Numbered from the stretch's first letter, positions 11,157-24,521 are shown. The stretch is DNA of 64,000 nt from Camelus ferus (GCF_009834535.1 NC_045696.1:10232001-10296000); one strand, 5' to 3'. A program made the numbers and translations. The notes: a model not told the origin generated them from the letters alone.

Positions 11157-11839
11157 CTATCCAAAGAAAGAGGTAAAATAACCCCATTTTATAGTTAGAA
11201 TTTGACTACAAACTCAGTGTAACTTTTAAAGAGAAAATCTTATTTTACTTCTAAATCTGATAGTTGTTTCAGCAATTAAATTGAAAAACTTCTATACTTA
11301 TATACATACTGTAGTGTGTATGTTCTAATTTTTTTTCACATAAACATGACAGTATTTTGAAAGTCAAATAAGGCAAATGAATGACAGTTTTAAAACAGTG
11401 GCACTCATGCCCCCCTCCAAAAAAAAAAAATCAGAACACTCCTGTTTTCGTCCACTATTTAGGTTCACTGGTATCTCTTCTTAGCTTGCAAAATAAAAAG
11501 AAGGCAATGTTAAAACAGTCAATAATATTGTCCCAGGTGTACCTAGTTAATGAATAAAGCCCAGAAATCATTTAGAAATAGTTTGGACACTGAAGGAAGC
11601 ATACTGTTACCAAACAAAGTTGTTTTTCTTTTCCCATTCTACCATAAATCAAGTTTAAATATTTTACTTAGAAAATTCCTATGAAGCAAAAAGGTAACTC
11701 TTAAATAAATCTACACAGTAAGAAATGGAAGACAATCACATAAAATACCCTGTAATTATACCAAACTGAACTTGAATTCTTTTAAAACCTAGCTGGATGT
11801 TAAAAGACTTTTAAAAAAACTCCTTAAATGTTTACATAC

Positions 11840-11919
11840 CTAGGCCTCGGTAGCAGCAGTGTTGTGAATAGTAGGGCTGGCACTGACCGGGGCAAGAAGA
11901 CAGCTACAAGGATTTGGCC
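11840..11919 (-). CDS. SON: SON alternative 80-nt frameshifting cassette exon in intron 8
   Basis: TTGTTTCAG acceptor, AG|GTATGT donor; GQILVAVFLPRSVPALLFTTLLLPRP then RISS-stop in exon 9; resembles a recalled human SON isoform tail. Confidence 0.7.
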
Positions 11920-13412
11920 CTGAAACAAGTTTCCATACAGAGGGGTGAAAGTTCACAGGTTATTCTGTGAACAGTCATCTCTCTTGTATCCAACCCACTG
12001 AACCATAATTTCCATCAAAGCAGCAAACCACTTAATGTCACAAGATGCACAGCTATATACATTAGCATGGTCAACAGTCAATTATTTTCACATGTTAAAA
12101 AAAAATATGATGCCTCTTGTTAAAGGGCAGAGTGTACATAGATGTACATTTAACAAATCACTGAATTGTGTTGAACTTTATGGCTATTTAAAAAAAATTT
12201 ATAACGTAACATCTCCAAATTATGTTCTATTTCCCTTTGTTATTAAATATTTTAGATTTATATTCTCTAGCAAATATAAGCAAAAGTTACTAACTTATCA
12301 ACAGAGGGAGTCAAAAATTCTGGTAGCTCTGGAAATAGTAATCACTTCCTCTACTGATGAGTTAATACTAAATCTTTTAAATCTTGTTTTTACACAGTAG
12401 TAATACTGTATACGCTTATTTTTTTCCCAGCTAAATTTTTAATTATATGCTGGGGAGAACACATGCCAATGACATGTGACTAGACATTAAGTTCAACAAG
12501 GTGCTCTGATGGAAGGAGGCAGCTGTGGAGGTAAAAACATACCCCTGGTTCAGTTCCTTATTTGGTGCAGGCCATGCAGTGTTGATGTATAAAGAGAAAA
12601 GTTAGCTGATGCTTGGATACCAACTGCTTTGTTGCTACACACCTAGAATGACTTTTACTTACTTCCAGGTTCATCCGCCCCTCTTTTCCAGGAAACACTC
12701 CTAAAAAAAAGGGCAACTGTGCAGAGTATAATACAAATCCCCAAGTAATCCAGGTTTCCAACTTTGCTTCCATTCTCTAATATCTTTAAATGTTTCTTTA
12801 CACCAGTGTGTACACAGTTCACCAAAAAGCTAATTCATCTAATGAGACTACAACAGTAAATGATATTCATCACATCATGTCCAACTCATTTCATTCCAGA
12901 AAATAACTGGTTCGAGTCAATAACCATTTAAAAAATTTTACTAGTAATAAAACTCATGCTTTTTATCTAAGAATATACTGCAACAAAAAGGAATATAGAG
13001 AATGTTGACATTCCATGTGGTTTTTAACATAAAAAGAGGCTGTTGGGCTATAGCAAGGCAAGAAACGCCAAATGACCATTTGAAAAAGTTTTCTGAACAC
13101 AAGTATAGTTTTGTGATGTTTGACAGTGAAGATGAATGTTAAATTTAACATTGCCTAGTGACTTTTTCCATGTTTTTGCTCATTTCTATAAGTAAAATGT
13201 TCCTGCCTTAATTGAAATTAGCAGCAAATATGCTTCAATAACACACAAAGGAAGTTTTCCTGAAAGCATTGCTTTCTTCTGTAATTATTTAAAAATTGGG
13301 CGAATGAACACAGCTTTATCTCCTGATAATTTATCCAAGATGATTTACATTACAGTTACATCTTAAATGATGTAAATTATTCAAAATCTGTCAACTATCT
13401 ACAAGCCTGGGA

Positions 13413-13413
13413 A

Positions 13414-13470
<57 letters not shown>
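13413..13470. repeat. (AAT)n microsatellite
   Basis: About 19 perfect AAT units. Confidence 0.95.
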
Positions 13471-13471
<1 letters not shown>

Positions 13472-14603
13472 GAATGTTTACAGGGAACCAATTGAATCAA
13501 TTTGTAAAAGTTATGTTAACATGATTTTGTTTAGAAGTCTGGAAGCATTACGCATCAGAACTTGAGTGTACAAATGAAGACCAACATTTGGCAACGGAAT
13601 CACATTCTAAAGTTTCTAAAAAGTAATGTACATGACTGATTATTACATGTCTAAATACCCAAATAAGCTCCAAGTCCAACTTCCTGAGATAGGGAGTACT
13701 CAGCTTCAACATTAAACAGTATTAAAGAATTAAAATTGTTGAAGAAATAGTTGTACATTTATAACTATTCCCAAAGAGATGAAAGCCATTTTCCAAACAC
13801 TATTATGGATCACTTTCATATTTTAAATACTGTAATATTAGTCCATAACTAATTCATTAGCTTAAAATATTTTGCTAGATTTTCATTTTTTTTTCTAACA
13901 CCAACTCCTAGGAAACTACTTAAAAGTTGTAATATTTTTAATCAATCTAATAGTGTACTCACTATATACATATTAGTGTTAACTATTCTCCACCCCCACC
14001 AAATGGGGGCGGCAGGCAAAGTGAGGATATACTTTATATTAATTTGTTAATAAGATCACCAGAGGTAATGCTATCAAAATTGAGGGGGAAATATTACAAG
14101 ATTAAAAGGTTCAAAGCAACCAAAAATCTGCTTTTTCAGAAATTCAGCTCATTCAGTGGCACTCATGGCAGTTTTCTATAGGTACCCATTCACATTACTG
14201 ACCACCATCCTACAAGACAGTAAGAAGGCACTTGGAGACTGAAATTCCAAGGAATTACTTGCCCACAATCACAAAAGGAGCCAGGAGTACAGCAGGATAA
14301 AGAAACCTTTCCAATCCATTAGACCACGCAGCCTCCCAGTTTCAGCACTGCTATGCTGTCAGTACTCCTGAAACAAATTTCCCCATCACCCATCCAACCA
14401 AGCCACATCCCTTCACCAAGAACACATTTCTCCAGAAAGCCCTTCATAACCACCTAAGGTTCCCCCAACGAGGCAGCCGTAGGTGGAGTTCACACGTCTC
14501 ACTGCAGGTATCTGAAACGAGGAGTACCTATATCTTCACAGCACGAGGCGTCCGTCCTCTCCCTTGAATTTAGGTCTTAACATATCCTGTTTTTTCATGA
14601 GAT

Positions 14604-15042
14604 CAGTGGTTCTCAAATTGAGCCTGTGGATCACCAGAGGCCACCAGGGCCTAAATGGTGGTCCACAGATAGTATTCCCCATCCTCATCCCGCCCAATTC
14701 ACCACCCTTCAGCACTGCCCACCCCACATTTCAGCCATCCTCCCCCAGCCTTCCAGTCCCCTGGCAAGATCACCACATGCAGACTAATACTGGGGCCTCC
14801 CAACCACTTGCTGTAACCAACAGCTGACAACCATAGGGATCTGGGGCTGGAGATCACAACAGGAGTGCGGAATAAGGGCCAAGGGAGCTCACAGGAGGGT
14901 GCAAGCACTAAAGAAGAGGGAAAGAAGGACAGGAATAGAGGAATGGAAAATCAGGTGGCATAGGGCTCTTGGGGGCAGTGATTCAGCAAAAATAAACCTG
15001 TAATAAAGTATCCCATGATGAGAAAAAATTTGAGAACCACTG
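14604..15042. mobile_element. Non-autonomous hAT-Charlie-type DNA transposon with intact terminal inverted repeats
   Basis: Perfect 16-bp TIRs CAGTGGTTCTCAAATT (14604-14619) and AATTTGAGAACCACTG (15027-15042). Confidence 0.8.
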
Positions 15043-15401
15043 CTTTGAAATCATTAGTTGTCCAACAGGAACTGTGGAATATTCTGAACAGCACCTTGAG
15101 ACACCCTGTTAGCATTCAAAACACAGTTTAAAAAACCACCCCCACAAAACCCAGCAGCAACAACAATAAAAAATAAACTCAGGACATAAACTGAGTGGCT
15201 CTTGAGCCATATTTATACATTAGCCATTGTCTCATGAATCAGGTCCATCTTCAGTGTCCATCCTGGAGTACATACACATAGCAAATTTACTCATCAACTT
15301 TGGTTAGAGTCACTGGCCTCTTGGTGCACTTTTAATTAAACATTTTCTTAAATATTTTAACTTTGTACTTGGACACTGCTGTATGTGCGTAAGCTGTGTA
15401 C

Positions 15402-15518
15402 CTTTTTAATCCAGGCTTGGGCACCAGTATTAGCCAACTGTTCTTGTGTCAGAACCTGCACTCCTGTACTTCCTGTGAACTGGCCAGGAATGGAGTTCAG
15501 CTGAGCCCAGGCATCAAT
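15402..15518 (-). CDS. SON: SON exon 8
   Basis: 117 nt, IDAWAQLNSIPGQFTGSTGVQVLTQEQLANTGAQAWIKK. Confidence 0.92.
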
Positions 15519-16157
15519 CTGAAGAAAAGAAGATGCCTCAATTAAGTAAAATGACATACCTAGTTAAAATACCACTGGTATTAATTCCCTACATGAAATG
15601 GTTTACTTTCCTGAAAAGGCTAACAGACTTAAGTATTCAACTTTTAAAAACAGTATTACTGAATCTGTACATATTTAAAATTGTTTTCCCTAAACATTCC
15701 AAATCAACAGTTCAAAAACTGTTCACTGGATCCCATTAATAACAAAATTTGAGATTTTTTTATATCTCTAACAACTAAAAAGCACAACTATAATACTCAT
15801 TCTTCAAAATATCACATGGACACATGAAAAACATAGAAAACTGCTCATATGGCAAAGGATTCCTGCCCTCCTTACACATCTCATAAATGCATCCTAATAA
15901 TGCCAACAACAGAATTTTTAATTACCTTTGAAGTATAAATTCATAATAAATTCAAGATATATGCTTAAAAAGTAATACTTACAGGAAATTGGTCACCCAA
16001 ACACTGTGATCGTTAAAGAATCAGCTTTCATTCATTCAAAGTATATTTACTGAACACCTGGTATTGTCAGGCAATGTATTTTCTATCTGTACATTTACTT
16101 ACTGTTTCTATATATTTACTACAGAAAAGTGAAGGGGATATGGAGCAGCTGTCCACT

Positions 16158-16310
16158 GTTAAAAAGCAGACTCTGGATTCAGACTGCCTAGGTTTGGATC
16201 CCAGTTCCTCTACTCTAGGTTTTGTGACCTTGGGCCTCATTTAGCCACACTGTTTCCTCAGCTGGAAATGGAAACTCATTATAGTACCTACACCTCACAG
16301 GGCCAGTATG
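16158..16310 (+). mobile_element. MIR SINE
   Basis: GCAGACTCTGGATTCAGACTGCCTAGGTTTGGATCCCAG...TGTGACCTTGGGC...TTTCCTCAGCTGGAAATGG core. Confidence 0.7.
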
Positions 16311-16604
16311 GGCACTTAGCTATTCTTATATACCAGATTATAAACTCTTTGAGGGCAGGTAATTTTTCCTATTTTCATTCTCTCAAGAAAACAGCTCCTG
16401 TCCCCATGGTACACAATAGTTATTAAATGACTAGCCTTGGGGGGCTATATATTACTCTCACTTAAAATAAGCCTAGCTAATTAAGATAAACGATTTATTT
16501 CTTTAGATTTTCAAGTTTCTACATCTCAACAGCATGGCACAGACTTTGCTTATGTAACAACCCTCTAGATAGTGAAATTATCAGACATTCAAACTGCCAC
16601 ATAC

Positions 16605-16715
16605 CCGTTCCTGAGCACGATTTAACATGCTCATAGCTTCAAGGTCAAATGCGTTCTCGCTGAGTCTTTTCTGAGCAAGTGCCCGCTCACTCATTGCTGT
16701 AGAGATGTCCACAGG
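16605..16715 (-). CDS. SON: SON exon 7
   Basis: 111 nt, PVDISTAMSERALAQKRLSENAFDLEAMSMLNRAQER; AG/GTATGT. Confidence 0.92.
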
Positions 16716-17920
16716 CTAAGAAAGAAAACATAGATAATTATCTCAAATTATGGTAGACGCCCTGAATTCTGAAAAATGCTCATATCTTTAGTTGCTACAA
16801 GTCAAAAACAATAGTCTTATGTATCAAAATTCTGTAAAGTAGGGAGAAGACTCAAAAAGATAAAATAACCTTAGAAAATACATAAGGATTCTTATAAAGT
16901 ATCAGGCAGCACTTGAACCCAACCCAAAATCTGACAGATTTCATGTTTTTTTCACATCAAATTACAAACCCAGAAAGTTCCATGAAGAACTGAAAAACCT
17001 CTAGCCTTCACTAACAAAACAGTCATTTATAGTAAACTGAGAATTTTTTGAATTATTAACTTTGTAACTCATTAGCAGTTTTCATTTTACCCTACTTTTT
17101 ATTAGCATAACCTTCAGAAGCAATAAGCAAGGTTCTTAAATAAGCAAGCACAAAACCAACATGTCAGTGATCTTTCCCTTGCTCGTGTGCACATCTTTTC
17201 ACCTCTCTGCAGTTGTTCATACAGTTTGGTCTTAAGAACTCAGTTTCTTCAAAGAATATATTCACTATATAAATAAATGAATTTTTTGTTTTCAGCTTAT
17301 GTACATTTAAGATAGAAGTTAGAATATTTCTGTGGGGGTACATACTTAAAACATAAATTGAAACACTTAAGATTGTTTGACATGTCTTAGGTCCTCACTT
17401 TCAAAGCTCATATTCTATCTGTAAAAAGCTTATGCTAAGCAGAGGTGACTTAACTTTTTAAGATGTTTTATAATGTCCAGGAATAATTTTAAGGATAACC
17501 TTTAGAGCAAATTCCTTATTTGTCAAATCTGTGGAAGGCTCAATCAACAACAGAAGGAAAAAAACCATCAAGTAAGTATTTGATGTTTTCTGTTCTAACA
17601 TTAAGAGCTCAGGTTGATGTGTCAACTCACCAATTCCTAATACTTGTTTATTCATCTAATATGACTTAACCCATTAATATATTCTAGTATTTCACCCATG
17701 AAAATTCATTTTTTGAAAATGCTTATCTGACATGGGAAGCTTTTCCTAAATTCATATACAAAGAATGATTAGTAGGTACTGCACAGATATGACAAATATA
17801 AGTAAGCCAGTAAAATAAGTTAACAGCTAAAGTTTTTTTTGAATAGCTAAGAAAGCTAAGGTAAGGCTACCTATAATTTATGTAACGTGTATGAAATACT
17901 TCTTTTAAAAATAAAACCTA

Positions 17921-18074
17921 GTGAGGAGGCTGTAGCTCAGTGGTAGAGTGCCTACATAGCATGCATGAGGTCCTGGGTTCAATCCCCAGTACCCCCATTA
18001 AAAAAATAGATAAACTTAATTACCTCCCCCTTAAAATTTTTTTTAAAAAATTGTAATTAAAAAAACAAATATTT
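17921..18074 (+). mobile_element. tRNA-derived SINE (Vic-1-like)
   Basis: TAGCTCAGTGGTAGAG...GAGGTCCTGGGTTCAATCCCCAGTACC, A-rich tail; possible degenerate TSD AAAACCTA/AAGACCTA. Confidence 0.8.
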
Positions 18075-19511
18075 AAGACCTATATAGTAGAGAAGGGTAT
18101 ATGACTGAGAGAATAATTAGATCTGATGCATAAGGATTACTAATCTTCCTTTTCCTATCTTCAGAATCCCTTAACACTCCATCATTCTTAGTTATCTTGC
18201 TGAATCATCTAATATTCCTTTAGCAAAATTAATTTTTTCTTACACAAGGTACCACAAAGTACAGATTTCTATATAGTTGCCTTCTTAAAATGAAAGGAAA
18301 ATTAAACTGAATTCATTCTGTAATTATTTATTAGACTGCGTACAGATCTCATTAACAAAAGATCCTAATTTCTTAGTTAACTTTGTAAATTATCCACACT
18401 AATTATAGAGTATTTCTGGGGCTTATATACGCAAAGCCAGACTGAAACACTAAAAAATTCAGTATGTTCACTTCTCACTTCTAATTACAATAGTCCCAGT
18501 CTATTACAATGCTGGGACTTTAAATGGGAACCCAAATATTTCAGGTCAGAATTTTAAATTTCTTTCACCTGCCTTAAGATGTTTCTGAAAACTGTCAGGT
18601 AAGATCAGCAATGTAATTTTTGAAGGCCCAACAAATGTATCTCAAGTTCTGTTAACTAACCTTGCCAGAATTACTTTGTTTCATACCCAACTACAAATCT
18701 AAGTGGTAAGGTGTTTAGGTATAAATAGTAAGTTTTTATTCTAAAAAGTTGAAACTCAGAGGAGACCCTGGGGAAAATATACCTACCCACCACCACCCCA
18801 AGCTCTGATCCCCCAATTTCCAACTGTAAAATAGCCATATGTAGTTATGATGGCTCTGAAAACACCAACTCTTCTAGAATAAAACTACTTCTCTCCAACT
18901 GGAAAACAAATTAATATACCTATCTGTGAATTCATCCTTCTGAAGACATTTTAAATCTTCGAATTTTCCTCTTTAAACCTTTATTAAGGAAGCAAATAAC
19001 CTAAATACCTTACTATTTCTCCTCAGGATGAAACTTCAAATCTTAGTAATATTTTACGTTAAATTCACATCTCACTCTGAAAAGAATTTTTAACTTATTT
19101 ATTTAAATAATATTTATTTAATATAGTAATGTTGATATTTAATATAAATTTACCTTAGATGTAATTACAACTAGTTTTCTCCTGAGGTAATAGAAGTTTT
19201 TATTCAACAGGCTTACCAAGTGAGCTGCAACTTCATGTCAAAACTTTGTTACCAAATAGTGATTTGACTATTTCACATTCAAACTTTTTAATATGAAGAA
19301 ATACACTCAAAATAGAATCAATCAAGATCATCTTAATCTCTTAAAGATCCCCAAGAATTTGCATCAAAAAGCACATTTCCAGGTTTTCAAGGTAACTCAT
19401 GATATGCAATAAAAAGCCAACTATAATCCACAAAGCATTAATATTCAAAGATTAAACCAAGTGTTATGAATCAGTATTAAAACACTCAAAATACCACAGC
19501 TACCCTTTAGA

Positions 19512-19628
19512 ACAGTACTGTCCAACAGAATTTTCTACAGAGATAGCTAATAAGCACTTGAAATATGGCTAGTGCAATTAAGGAACTGATTTTTCAGTGG
19601 CTGACTTAGTGACTACTATATTGGACTA
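19512..19628. mobile_element. MER3-like DNA transposon remnant
   Basis: CAGTACTGTCCAACAGAA...AGCACTTGAAATATGGCTAGTG...TATATTGGAC. Confidence 0.5.
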
Positions 19629-22600
19629 TATAGTGTGGTGTGTGCGCGCGTGTGTGTGTGCGTGTGTGTATAACATATAGTGAACTAATATAAAAGAGCT
19701 TTAGAGTCTTAAAATTATCTTTTAATGTTACTTGAAAACAGTAATGTGTAAAAGGTACCAAAATGATGCTAAAAGTTTTGAGGTTAAAAACGGGGGAAAA
19801 AATAATCTTAAATTTTATAGAAAGTTACTATTATCAAGCTATCAACAGCCTTGTTTCCACTAATACAAAAGAGACTTTCTACCTAATGTGTAGTATTATT
19901 CTAGGTTTTATGAGGGCAAATGTTTAACTTTCTTTCTCTAAGATTTGTTCTAAAAGGTGAAATCCACATCAAAAAGACTATCCTGAATTGTAATTCCAGT
20001 TTTCCCATTAATAAAAATCTGTCCAAATTATTTCACCTACTTCAGCAACACAGATTACTACTTCTATAACCTAAAAAGTTGTCAGGAATAATGACATACA
20101 TAATGTAACTGACACCAGGTAACAAGCATTTCATGGCTTAAGTTATAATGGTGTACCACTTGTATCTTCCTCATTTAAAATGTCCTTCCAAGTCAATTTA
20201 CTTCCCCTCTTTGTTAACCCAACTGTTTACACAAATAGGACAATTACCTTAAGCGTTTCGAATAAAGTCAATGAAAGAATATAAAAGAGAATTACTAGGA
20301 GAGGTGATCAGTCAGGTAAGGGAAATAATCCCTGTAATACGCAAATTATTTTCTACACAGTTATCTCAAATTAGGAGATGATATAAAAGGAAAATTTTAA
20401 TTATAAGAAAACAGAATTAAAGAAAAAGCACCTGACCTTCCTATAAAACATTATTTTAAAATATTTAGCAAAAATTAATAAAATGTAAGGAGGTTAATAC
20501 AGAAAATGACACCTACAAGAACAAAAGCCACATTAAATACAGAATGTCTCAGTTGTTATATGGCTTGACTACTTTTAAAAAATGAATTATATCATCTTTT
20601 AATTATTTCACATTAAATTCTCTAATGTAACTCTTAGCTAACTTATATATTTAATCTAAATGAATTCTAACAAGAAAACAAACAGATAACCCATGAAATG
20701 TTTCAAAGAAATTCTATGTTAATCACCTAGAAGAATCTAAGGAGAGAAGAATGAATAACAAGGCTGTACTTAACACATTTTAGCACTGCCAAGACCTATG
20801 TGTTTCACTTCCAATTAAAATTTTCATCTTACCATAAGAACTCAGCTTTCCTAAACTTCAAAAATTTAGAGCTTCTAAATGTAAGGGAATTTTAGCTCCA
20901 TTGGGACATGTAAATATTCAGTAATAGCAAATCAGGAACAGCTGCCAGAAACAAAAACTGTCCTAACACGTAAGCAATCACTAGACCTTAATGGCAAACT
21001 ACCTCTGGACATTTATGATTGATGGTAAACCAAGGAAATTTTATGTCAGAGATACATTTTTATCTTCTACCCAATAAGCCTTCGCTAACTTTATTATCAA
21101 GAATTAATGCCCATGAGGACAATTTTTTAAATGTTTTCCAACATTTTTGATTTCAGTTTACAAATCAAATTCACACAAATATGCTCAGAGTTCTGCAGTC
21201 ACTCCTTACTGAGGATGATGCTGGTTGGCTTCTGGGTAGGAAGACGATGCTATGGCAGAAGGGCACAGTCTGATGAGTTGATATTCCATAAGATAAGGAT
21301 TTATGTTGATCCATCCACGGCTATCCACTCATACTTATGTCAAAGAGCACTCACGTGCAAAACAATCGGTGGGATTAAGGATCATAGCAAAGCTGAGGTA
21401 AAATCTGTGATCTTTTCCTAAATGTTTTATGCTCAAAACTAAAGAACCACAAATTCCATTTATATTTATTAAAATGAAAGACAGGTTAAAAAAATTAAAA
21501 ATACTATTCAGTTAAAATATTGACCATTTAAAAGAACTTTTCTTTTTTTACTCTATGAAGTATTCCAACCCAACAGGAAATCAAGTCAGTGCTCCCATAA
21601 AATGTCACTAATAGCATTCTACAAACACTGGCATATAGAACATTAATCTTACAAATATATTTGTAAGATACAGGTAAATACTGGAACTAAATATTTTATA
21701 TTATGAACAATTTCCTCTAGGTGTTTATCATTGCTACTGGATAAAAGTAGAGCCCTGGAAAGCAGAAGCAAAATTGTGTCCCCTTCCTAAAATGTTGGGA
21801 TTGTTTTACTTGATTTAAAGTCAATATATATTTTTTGAGTCTAATCTTCTAAGAAACTAGCTTAGACCTCTGATGTCAAATAGTTGTATATTATCCTCTT
21901 CACAAGAGAAATCTGCTTCAAGAACAGAACTTTTTTTCCTCCTGCTTTAATAAAAGACTCCTTTACTTATTATAAAATCTAAATACCCACCTACTCCCTC
22001 CTGGGATTTCTTTGGAAAAGAACTTTTCATTAAAATCCAACAACCACTATTGATGACAATGTAAGAAGGCACCACAGCTTCAGTGTTCAGAATGAAAATG
22101 GCTGAATACTTATATGTATTTATATACGAACTCTCAAGCAAAGAGAAACATAATCACCAGGATTCACTAAGCACTTTCCCCATGTTCAAGTTAAAACAGG
22201 TATGGTCACGTCTTCTCAGGAAAATCCCTTGGAATTATGCACTATTTATAAGGCTTCACTCACTGGAAAATTTTTCTCACATAAATAATCTCCTTTATGT
22301 TTTTTCCAACTCTGTTAAATGCTTAATCTTCAAGAAGTTACTAAAAGCATATGTATCTGAGTTTCTAAGTCAGCCTGTTCAGCCCTCTTACCATAGAGGG
22401 TATATTATATTCAGCTACTGCAAGATTTAAGTCAGCTGCAAATGGCAATTAACCTTTCCTTCTTGTGATGTGCAGGCAGTCTGATTTGGGAATCAGCAAC
22501 TGAGCTACTTAACTGGCTTCATTAAAATATTGTCCAAACAAGCTCTCTCCCCCTCACTGGTAGTGGTACAATTTGCTTCAACTGTTGGACCCCATGTAAA

Positions 22601-23650
22601 AATATAGATCATCAACAGTGACTGTAAGTTGGATTGGCTAGTTATATACAGCTTCACTGTATAGAATTTGCTCTTTTCAAATGCCACAGGTCAAAATAAA
22701 CAGTGAAAACATCACCTGTGAATAGCTCAGGTGGGGGAAAATACTATCAAAGTTTCTGATTTGGGTTCTGTTCACTTTTGACTTTATAAACAGGATTTAC
22801 TTGTAATATTAGAGGTATTTATTGGATGATGATATGGCCAACAAAGGGAACCTAACGGTGAAGAGCAGAGGTCTCTCTGACCTACACATCCCAGAACTGC
22901 AAGGAAAAGAACTGGGGAAGAAGTCCCATGTTGTAAGAGGGCATCAAGTATCTAGTCCAGTCCTTGGACAAATGTTTGGGCTTTGGAAACCAAGAGCAAG
23001 AGGTGATGACTAGTCTATGGTATCATTTAAAACTCCCACCCCCCTAGTAAGTCTCCACCCTCCCAGATCCCCCAAGCGTGATTTTGCACAACAAGTTAAA
23101 TAAAAGTAAACTGTTTATTAAAAGATACAGCAAAGGTACAGATACAGAGATACATACAAAGATACAGATATATATATATATTTACATATATATACAGTTT
23201 TGCTGTTTTCATGTGCACTATTATTTAGCAGCACATTATTTAATCAGGCGGCATTTTAATGGGGTTGTTTTGACACTTGATGTTATTACTGCGTCATTCT
23301 GACAAGATACAACTATAGCCTCCTGGAAATTTCAAGGTGTGAAATCCACTTCTCCAACTTTTAATAGTAGCAAAAAAGGAAGGAGAAGGGAAATGGAGTA
23401 CCAAGGCTGAGCATTAGGTTAAACACAAAAATTCAAAAGGGCCAAGGTAGCACAGGGAAGGGGAAATTATTAAAATTAGCGGCTATCTGACAAACAACCC
23501 AGAGAAATAGTAAGAAACCATTATTTAAGGGCAATGGGCTATGTATTCAAGATGCTCACATCAGCCTACAATGACCTTTTCCAATCCACTTCTTGTGTTG
23601 AACCTGAGGGTCTGCCTCTCTCTGCTCAATCCCTCCACCCAATACATTTG

Positions 23651-23905
23651 CTACCACCAAAATCTAGAGCTATAGAGCCTTGAAGCAAAACGAGAAGCTA
23701 AGTAGTTGTACCTTGGGCTACCTTCCCACAAGTGCAAGGAGGGCCCAATGTTGGGTAGGGATGTGATAACACTGTTCTCTGCAATTCGATGCTTTTCACT
23801 TTGTGGCTTGGTTCCACAAAGTGAATTGCATCGAGTTACTGTCAAATGAGAAGCTGCGGGTTGTTTCATCTGTCGTCTAACCCGGCCCTGCCGTTTAACC
23901 CGGCC
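23651..23905 (-). CDS. SON: SON alternative terminal exon (SON-B-like short isoform lacking G-patch and dsRBM)
   Basis: TTCTTAG acceptor 100 nt after exon 6; GRVKRQGRVRRQMKQPAASHLTVTRCNSLCGTKPQSEKHRIAENS...SRFWW then TAG; minus-strand AATAAA at 23114-23119. Confidence 0.8.
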   Translation of the reverse strand, partial: GRVKRQGRVRRQMKQPAASHLTVTRCNSLCGTKPQSEKHRIAENSVITSLPNIGPSLHLWEGSPRYNYLASRFASRLYSSRFWW

Positions 23906-24005
23906 CTAAGAAGAGTGAAACAGAATCCAAATCAGATATAAAGTAACAATAAAATGCAGATTTAGGTATAAAAAAGGAAAAATACATAATATTTCTCTTA
24001 CTTAC

Positions 24006-24194
24006 CTCAGAGGGCAAATTGCTGCTGAAAACATTATCGTCATCTTTGTTTTCTTCACCGTTTTTCTCTACAGGAACCCACTCTCCATAAACACTATCTG
24101 CTTCCTTTTTTCGATGTTGAGATCCAGATGACACAGGGAATTCTTTTGTTAATGTTACCTGGCTTTTTGGTGGAGTTGGCTTTGCCGCAGCAAT
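24006..24194 (-). CDS. SON: SON exon 6
   Basis: 189 nt, IAAAKPTPPKSQVTLTKEFPVSSGSQHRKKEADSVYGEWVPVEKNG...NLPSE. Confidence 0.92.
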
Positions 24195-24374
24195 CTAAAA
24201 AATAATGTTTTTCTTAATTAAAACTCAATATATTTCCAACATAATCTGAAAATGATTTTGTGCATTATTTCTCACAGTATTTAACCTAAATTAAAAATTA
24301 AAATCTATTTCAGTTTTACTTAAATAGTTCTACAAGTTGTGCTATTTCACCAGTCCATAAACACTAATACTCAC

Positions 24375-24521
24375 ATTCAGATTGAAAAAAATAGGTTTGG
24401 GTTCACTGAGTTTAAAGGGATGATGATAAAAAGGAGGTTCTTCTTCCTCTTCATCCGAAACATGAGGCTTATTCACTATTACATCATCATCTTCTTTACT
24501 CTGTGCGATTTGTTTGCATTT
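24375..24521 (-). CDS. SON: SON exon 5
   Basis: 147 nt, KCKQIAQSKEDDDVIVNKPHVSDEEEEEPPFYHHPFKLSEPKPIFFNLN. Confidence 0.92.

Noticed and set aside
21180..21300. Box C/D-like words (GATGATG, CTGA, TGATGA) suggesting a snoRNA
   Set aside because: They are on the plus strand, antisense to the host SON transcript, with no terminal stem or correct C...D order that I could support
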